From NCBI GenBank assembly GCA_028688415.1, contig JAQTYF010000001.1:464627-528626 (forward strand): a DNA stretch of 64,000 nucleotides, read 5' to 3'. Under the pieces are notes generated by a model that made no database searches, was not told the origin of the DNA, and was given only the letters and a program-made list of their open reading frames with translations. A program made the translations under genes and the position numbers. The stretch comes from Candidatus Moraniibacteriota bacterium (GTDB lineage: Bacteria > Patescibacteriota > Minisyncoccia > Moranbacterales > UBA1568). This document shows positions 59,199 through 64,000 of this stretch, one piece after another (within the stretch, counting starts at the first letter, position 1; every line of letters begins with the position of its first letter).

Positions 59199-61250
59199 TT
59201 AGAGCACAACAAATAAAGAAAGAATCAACGCAAGAAAAATATATGAAATATACATATTGATATTGCCTCCCTGAATAGTTTTGGAACGGAGAGATGCTTC
59301 GTCAATCATTTTCTGAAGCGGTTGATAGAAATGCGTCAGATAAATATTACCGACACTCATCGTCACTGTTCGAGATTTCGGTATATAACGACTCTTGGCG
59401 TCATGGTATTTGACTGTTTGTTGGATACTTGGCTTCAAAACATTTTTGAACACAAGAATGATCGAGCGAGCAAAACCAGTCGTCGTAATCTCCATCCGCG
59501 TATCGAGATGTGTCCCACAGTCCCATGTGTCCCCAAATGATATTTTCTGAGTGCTATTGATACCGAATCGTACAAGAAGAAAAACTCCAAAAAGAATAAT
59601 CGCCAAAAAAGAAAATATTGCTGGTGCTGATACGAGAGCAAATCCGTCAGTCAATTGAAGTGTCTGCATAGACGATACAGAGACAAACACTTTCACATTG
59701 TGAAAAATATCAAGACGCTGTCCGACGAAAGCAATCGTTTCTGTCACGAACCCCGCAAAAAGACCGAAAAGTATGGAGAGGAATGCGAGTCCTCCCATCG
59801 CGAGACGCATCGAGAGTACTGACTCTTTTACGTGCATCACTTCTTTACTTCGAGGTCGGGCGAGAAATATCCCTGCGAATGCTTTCACAAAACATGTGAG
59901 TGCGAGACCTCCTGTGAAAGCAAGTGATCCCGCTGCCAGCACGAAAATAAATTGGAGAGAAAAAGAAAGTGTCGCAATCCCCTGAAACAATGATTGGAAC
60001 GTCAACCATTCACTGAAAAATCCATTGAAGGGAGGGAGGGCAGATATCGCCATCGAACCAATAAGAAAGAAGAGTGCTGTCTGTGGCATGTACCGGATGA
60101 GCCCTCCATATTCTTCCATATTCTTCGTGTGCATCTGATCAATGACCGAACCAGCACCGAGGAAAAGGAGGGATTTGAAAAGTGCATGATTGATCGTATG
60201 GAACAGTCCTGCAATCAGTCCAAGGAGGGCGAGTGATTTCATATCGAGAGCATAGAACGTGATCGAACTTCCGATACCGAGTAAGATGATTCCAATATTT
60301 TCGATACTATGATATGCGAGAAGTCTTTTGATATCATGTTCGGTTAGTGCATAGAGCACACCAAGGATCGATGACACCATACCGATCACGAGTACGACCT
60401 CTCCCCACCAGAGAGGTACTGGTGCGAGCACATCGAGGAAGAGACGAATCATCATATAAATACCTGTCTTGATCATCACGCCCGACATCATCGCGGACAC
60501 ATGAGAGGGAGCGGCTGGGTGTGCGGCAGGGAGCCAGATGTGAAACGGGATAATACCCGCCTTGGTCCCAAACCCGATAAGAGCACAGGCAAACATCGCA
60601 TTCTGAATCATCTGTGGTATGAGTGCATGATGCAGTTTGATCACGTCAAACTGAAATGATCCAGTATATTTGTACGCCATGAGAAAAAACGCAATGATGA
60701 ATGCGGTGCCGACATACGTCATAATGAGATACAAAAATCCTGCTTTCACATTGCTCGCATCACGACGATCATACACCACGAGAAAATATGATGCGATGGA
60801 CATTGTCTCCCATGCAATGAGAAAGAAGAGCGCATTGGAGGTCGTCACGACGAGAAGCAAACTTCCCAGAAGAATATGGTAGAGAAATCCAAGTACTCCG
60901 ATACTGTATTTTCCATAATAATGCTTCACATACCCGAATCCATAGAGGGAGCAGAAGAAACCAACGAGAGAAATAGCAAATATGAAAAAAGCTGACAACA
61001 TATCAATACGAAGAGAGAACTGCAAAAATACAAATGATGTCTGAAAAAGTGAAAACGACATTTCTCGTCCTTGTATCAACATTAGAAGAGAAAAAATAAT
61101 TCCCACGAGAGAACCGAACAAAGCAAAAAAACTACTCCAAACATTGGCCCATGTATCATGATTGCGAAACACAAGTGATCCGATCGCTCCCACAGCAAAA
61201 ACAGAAAGTAATACGAGGAATCCTGCTTGCGATGAAATGAAGGCAATCAT
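59199..61250 (-). CDS. NuoL/HyfB-like antiporter-type membrane subunit
   Basis: 683 aa; WLPAAHPAAPSHVSAMMSGVMIKTG core. Confidence 0.8.
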   Translation of the reverse strand: MIAFISSQAGFLVLLSVFAVGAIGSLVFRNHDTWANVWSSFFALFGSLVGIIFSLLMLIQGREMSFSLFQTSFVFLQFSLRIDMLSAFFIFAISLVGFFCSLYGFGYVKHYYGKYSIGVLGFLYHILLGSLLLVVTTSNALFFLIAWETMSIASYFLVVYDRRDASNVKAGFLYLIMTYVGTAFIIAFFLMAYKYTGSFQFDVIKLHHALIPQMIQNAMFACALIGFGTKAGIIPFHIWLPAAHPAAPSHVSAMMSGVMIKTGIYMMIRLFLDVLAPVPLWWGEVVLVIGMVSSILGVLYALTEHDIKRLLAYHSIENIGIILLGIGSSITFYALDMKSLALLGLIAGLFHTINHALFKSLLFLGAGSVIDQMHTKNMEEYGGLIRYMPQTALFFLIGSMAISALPPFNGFFSEWLTFQSLFQGIATLSFSLQFIFVLAAGSLAFTGGLALTCFVKAFAGIFLARPRSKEVMHVKESVLSMRLAMGGLAFLSILFGLFAGFVTETIAFVGQRLDIFHNVKVFVSVSSMQTLQLTDGFALVSAPAIFSFLAIILFGVFLLVRFGINSTQKISFGDTWDCGTHLDTRMEITTTGFARSIILVFKNVLKPSIQQTVKYHDAKSRYIPKSRTVTMSVGNIYLTHFYQPLQKMIDEASLRSKTIQGGNINMYISYIFLALILSLFVVL

Positions 61251-61262
61251 AATATGTCTGAA

Positions 61263-61802
61263 TTATTTCGATGATTCATGCTCTATTGTCTGTAGAATAT
61301 TGAGGAGAGCACACAAAATTTTCTTGGGTGATGGCGGATCCCCAGGAATATGATAGTTCACAGGTATTACAGCATCCACACCTCCGACCACGGCATACGA
61401 GTTGCGGAATATCCCACCAGAGAGAGCGTCGTCCCCTACTGCCACGACGATTTTTGGATCTGGAGTAGCATCGTATGCGGACTTCACTGCCTCAGCCATA
61501 TTGCGTGTGATCGGACCAGTCACGAGAAGCATATCAGCATGTCGTGGAGACGCGACAAAATGAATGCCGAATCGTTCGACATCATAGAAACTATTCGAGA
61601 GTGCGACGAGCTCCTGTTCACACGCATTGTCCGAACCTCCATCCACCTGTCGTATAGCGAGTGATCCTCCGAAGAGTCGTTTCACAGAATTTTGTATTTG
61701 TTCACCGACGACGACAATATCTGCATCCTCGAGATCTGTTCGATCATCGATAGCAATAATATTGTTTTTGGTACGAAATATTTTCAAGAAAAGATTCATC
61801 AT
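61263..61802 (-). CDS. NuoB-like small subunit lacking FeS-ligand cysteines
   Basis: At the positions of the NuoB CCxxE, GxCxxxGG and PGCPP motifs it reads SDNACEQE, GDDALSGG and PGDPPSP. Confidence 0.75.
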   Translation of the reverse strand: MMNLFLKIFRTKNNIIAIDDRTDLEDADIVVVGEQIQNSVKRLFGGSLAIRQVDGGSDNACEQELVALSNSFYDVERFGIHFVASPRHADMLLVTGPITRNMAEAVKSAYDATPDPKIVVAVGDDALSGGIFRNSYAVVGGVDAVIPVNYHIPGDPPSPKKILCALLNILQTIEHESSK

Positions 61803-61915
61803 ATCTGTTTGTCATTCTTATCCCTATTCAATCAAAACGACAAAGAAGTCTGCCTCTAGAGTATAAACGGATTTTTATTTTTTTCAAAGAAGTTGATATT
61901 TCTCTCAATTCCACT

Positions 61916-61932
61916 GCGGAAGCGGTGAGATT
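61916..61932. repeat. 17-bp direct repeat of the tRNA-Ser(UGA) 3-prime end (att-like)
   Basis: gcggaagcggtgagatt, identical to 61958-61974 inside the tRNA. Confidence 0.7.
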
Positions 61933-61958
61933 TGTTTTATTTTCTTATCCAGTCAAAG

Positions 61959-62045
61959 CGGAAGCGGTGAGATTCGAACTCACGATACCCTTCCGGGTAT
62001 GATAGTTTTCAAGACTATTGCCTTCAACCGCTCGGCCACGCTTCC
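61959..62045 (-). tRNA. tRNA-Ser (anticodon UGA), long variable arm
   Basis: Reverse complement reads GGAAGCGTGGCCGAGCGGTTGAAGGCAATAGTCTTGAAAACTAT..GGTATCGTGAGTTCGAATCTCACCGCTTCCG. Confidence 0.8.
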
Positions 62046-62238
62046 GCTTTGACAAGATATAATTTAGTTTTTCAGCCAGAGGCTGATCAGCCCTGGGCTG
62101 GGACCACGCTTCCAGATTTTATTCTTTTCTTATGGTAGCAAGTGATCGCATATTTGTACAGATAGGATCTCATTTACCCATTCGATCAGCATCCTCTCAG
62201 AACTGTGCTATACTGAGAGTAAATAATTTCAATTTTCT

Positions 62239-62757
62239 ATGCAATATTCATCCTCATCACAGTCTCGAGAAGAAAAACCTGTTTCTTCGGCATATGGTCA
62301 AGTCCTCCTCCACTGGAGATCTCCCGAGCATGAGCCACTTGATCTCGGACCACGCTCCTCTATCGTAGTCACTGTTCTTCTCGTCTGTATTATTGCCTAC
62401 GCTCTCTATACCAATAGTCCACTGATGGCTATTACCTTTATCTTGATCGGTATCGTCGGGTACCTGATGCTCTATCGAGAACCGAGTATTCTCGACTTCA
62501 TGCTCACAAGTAAAGGCATCATCGCTGGGAAAGAATTTTATGAGTATGATACTCTTGAATCTTTCTTCCTTTACACAGAACCTCCTTTCGAAAATATATT
62601 AAGCATTCAAACAGAAGGAAAACTCGTTCCATACGTCCACATTCCCGTAATGAATGTCGATACAGACAAATTGCGAGATATTCTCGATGAGTTTGTTCCC
62701 GAAGAAAAGCACGAACCCGGACTAGTTGACACATTGGAGAAATTACTGCATATTTAG
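62239..62757 (+). CDS. Hypothetical membrane protein
   Basis: Two TM helices; no recognisable family. Confidence 0.4.
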   Translation: MQYSSSSQSREEKPVSSAYGQVLLHWRSPEHEPLDLGPRSSIVVTVLLVCIIAYALYTNSPLMAITFILIGIVGYLMLYREPSILDFMLTSKGIIAGKEFYEYDTLESFFLYTEPPFENILSIQTEGKLVPYVHIPVMNVDTDKLRDILDEFVPEEKHEPGLVDTLEKLLHI

Positions 62758-62858
62758 AGGTACTTTCCTCCTGTATCCAAAAGGAAGGTATATGTGTTTT
62801 TGCGCTTGTTCCGTTCCATCCGCCAGCTGGCGGAGGCGGATCAGTGGATAGTAAATAT

Positions 62859-62931
62859 GCGCTTGTAGCTCAGTGGATAGAGCATCTGGTTGCGGTCCAG
62901 AGGGTCGCAGGTTCGATTCCTGCCAAGCGCA
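62859..62931 (+). tRNA. tRNA-Arg (anticodon GCG)
   Basis: GCGCTTGTAGCTCAGTGGATAGAGCATCTGGTTGCGGTCCAGAGGGTCGCAGGTTCGATTCCTGCCAAGCGCA: a cloverleaf with a TTGCGGT anticodon loop. Confidence 0.7.
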
Positions 62932-63132
62932 CATTAAGTGAAACGAAATGGGAGATTGGAATAAGCCAACTGCTTGGCTTATGGAAGGAATCGAACGCCG
63001 GAATGATATTCCGTCAGCAGACGAAATCATGAGGCGATGCCCAGACAAACTTTTGTGTCGACAAAAGTTTAGTCGAGGGAGTTTCCTGCTAAGCTCTAAC
63101 AATAAAATCTGTCAGGAAATTTACTTGTGACA

Positions 63133-63152
63133 GATTCCTGCCAAGCGCACAT
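63133..63152. repeat. 20-bp direct repeat of the tRNA-Arg 3-prime end (att-like)
   Basis: gattcctgccaagcgcacat, identical to 62915-62934. Confidence 0.7.
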
Positions 63153-63345
63153 CATAATAAGAAAGAACTCAAGCTGGGTTCTTTTTTATAATGCATCCTC
63201 AATCATACAAGATAAACGTTTCTCATTATACTTGACTTTTGATACCGCCTATACCATAGTAATGACGTATCAGAATCACAAGAAACTGTTACTTTTTACG
63301 ATAATAATGTCGTAGAAAATTGTACCTTTACAAGGAGTAGAAATA

Positions 63346-63585
63346 ATGAAAGATTTCTTTTATCGTACAGCCTCCTACGCCGTCGCGTCCTGCGCTGGAT
63401 TTACTGTTGTCAACTTTGGTGTTCAGTTTTTGGCCGATATTCCCCAATGGAACGTGGCCATCCATCTTACTCTCTTTGAATTTTTCATTACCGTCATGGT
63501 ATGGACCATATTGGTGGTGTTGAAAATTTTCTGGCAGCCATCCAATGAGTATCCATCACCCGATGAATACCCGATGGAGCGTTAA
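63346..63585 (+). CDS. Small hypothetical membrane protein
   Basis: 79 aa with two hydrophobic helices. Confidence 0.3.
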   Translation: MKDFFYRTASYAVASCAGFTVVNFGVQFLADIPQWNVAIHLTLFEFFITVMVWTILVVLKIFWQPSNEYPSPDEYPMER

Positions 63586-63679
63586 AAAGAATATGGTAAG
63601 AAAACTTGCATTCTGACTGTGCTTTGGTGCGAATTGTTGTCTAGCAATCCGTTTATGTAAACAAATTCTTCTAGGAGAT

Positions 63680-64000
63680 TTATGATGGTTTTCCTCGTCT
63701 TTGCTCTCTTTATCATCATGGGGCTATTCTTTGGTTCTTTGCCGTTGTTTGGCCCAATTATTCTTGGGTTTTTAGCTAGTTCTATTAATTCGCGTTTCAA
63801 ACAAAAGTCACGAGATGAAGGGATTTCAAAACAATATATTCAGCTTATTTTGATGGTAAGTATCATCTGTTTCTTTATCGGAGTCTCGATTGGAAGCTTT
63901 TTTGCATTCGGTGACGAGAGTGTGGAGATGGGTTTGGACAAGATGGAGATGGTGTATTGGCAAGGAGGATTATTTCTTCTCGTGTACTTCTTTGCACGCA
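63680..64000 (+). CDS. Hypothetical membrane protein, partial (runs off window end)
   Basis: ATG at 63680 begins MMVFLVFALFIIMGLFFGSL...; there is no stop within the window. Confidence 0.3.

Noticed and set aside
62743-63130. ORFs 62743-63102 (minus strand) and 62948-63130 (plus strand)
   Set aside because: They overlap or are antisense to tRNA-Arg and the att-like repeat insert and have no coding signal.
1-64000. Alternative genetic code (for example UGA recoding as in some candidate phyla)
   Set aside because: Long conserved genes (dnaE, ligA, clpC, pilB, gatA) are uninterrupted with standard stops, and no in-frame UGA is needed.

Overview
A 64 kb low-GC bacterial chromosome segment read with the standard genetic code (long housekeeping ORFs such as the 1157-aa DnaE are uninterrupted). 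The gene content and style are consistent with a small-genome CPR/Patescibacteria-like organism; that placement is inference only. The core is housekeeping and mostly on the minus strand: nusB (partial), rpmF, rnhB, dnaE (+), miaA (+), gatB, a dNMP-kinase/folA/thyA/dcd/CYTH thymidylate module, rplA-rplK-nusG-secE, gatA-gatC, and ligA. These are followed by a complete type IV pilus locus (three pseudopilins, pilD, two tandem pilins, pilC, pilT, pilB, pilO/N/M), then clpC-like (+), comFC (+), and a thiol-disulfide/redox cluster with an ArsR regulator, then four small accessory genes (DUF1801/YdhG, DUF1905, DUF1697, MFS transporter). Three tRNA genes are present (Ser-GCU, Ser-UGA, Arg-GCG). Accessory regions that are not routine: (1) a roughly 2 kb single-gene insertion carrying a 651-aa tandem-repeat protein, flanked by a duplicated rnhB 3-prime end that still encodes the same amino acids; (2) a decayed, GC-rich second copy of the gatB 3-prime end; (3) a roughly 7.8 kb region next to tRNA-Ser(GCU) in which a large serine recombinase gene and a 5.6 kb cassette (LexA, MBL-fold protein, XRE + HExxH pair, membrane proteins) are bracketed by long, near-identical inverted repeats; (4) a free-standing double-motif LAGLIDADG protein; (5) an Ehr-type (energy-converting-hydrogenase-related) membrane complex whose NuoD-like and NuoB-like subunits lack the Ni and FeS ligand cysteines; (6) a family of structured hairpin elements with a conserved 36-nt loop; (7) att-like direct repeats of tRNA 3-prime ends. 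No CRISPR array and no rRNA were found.
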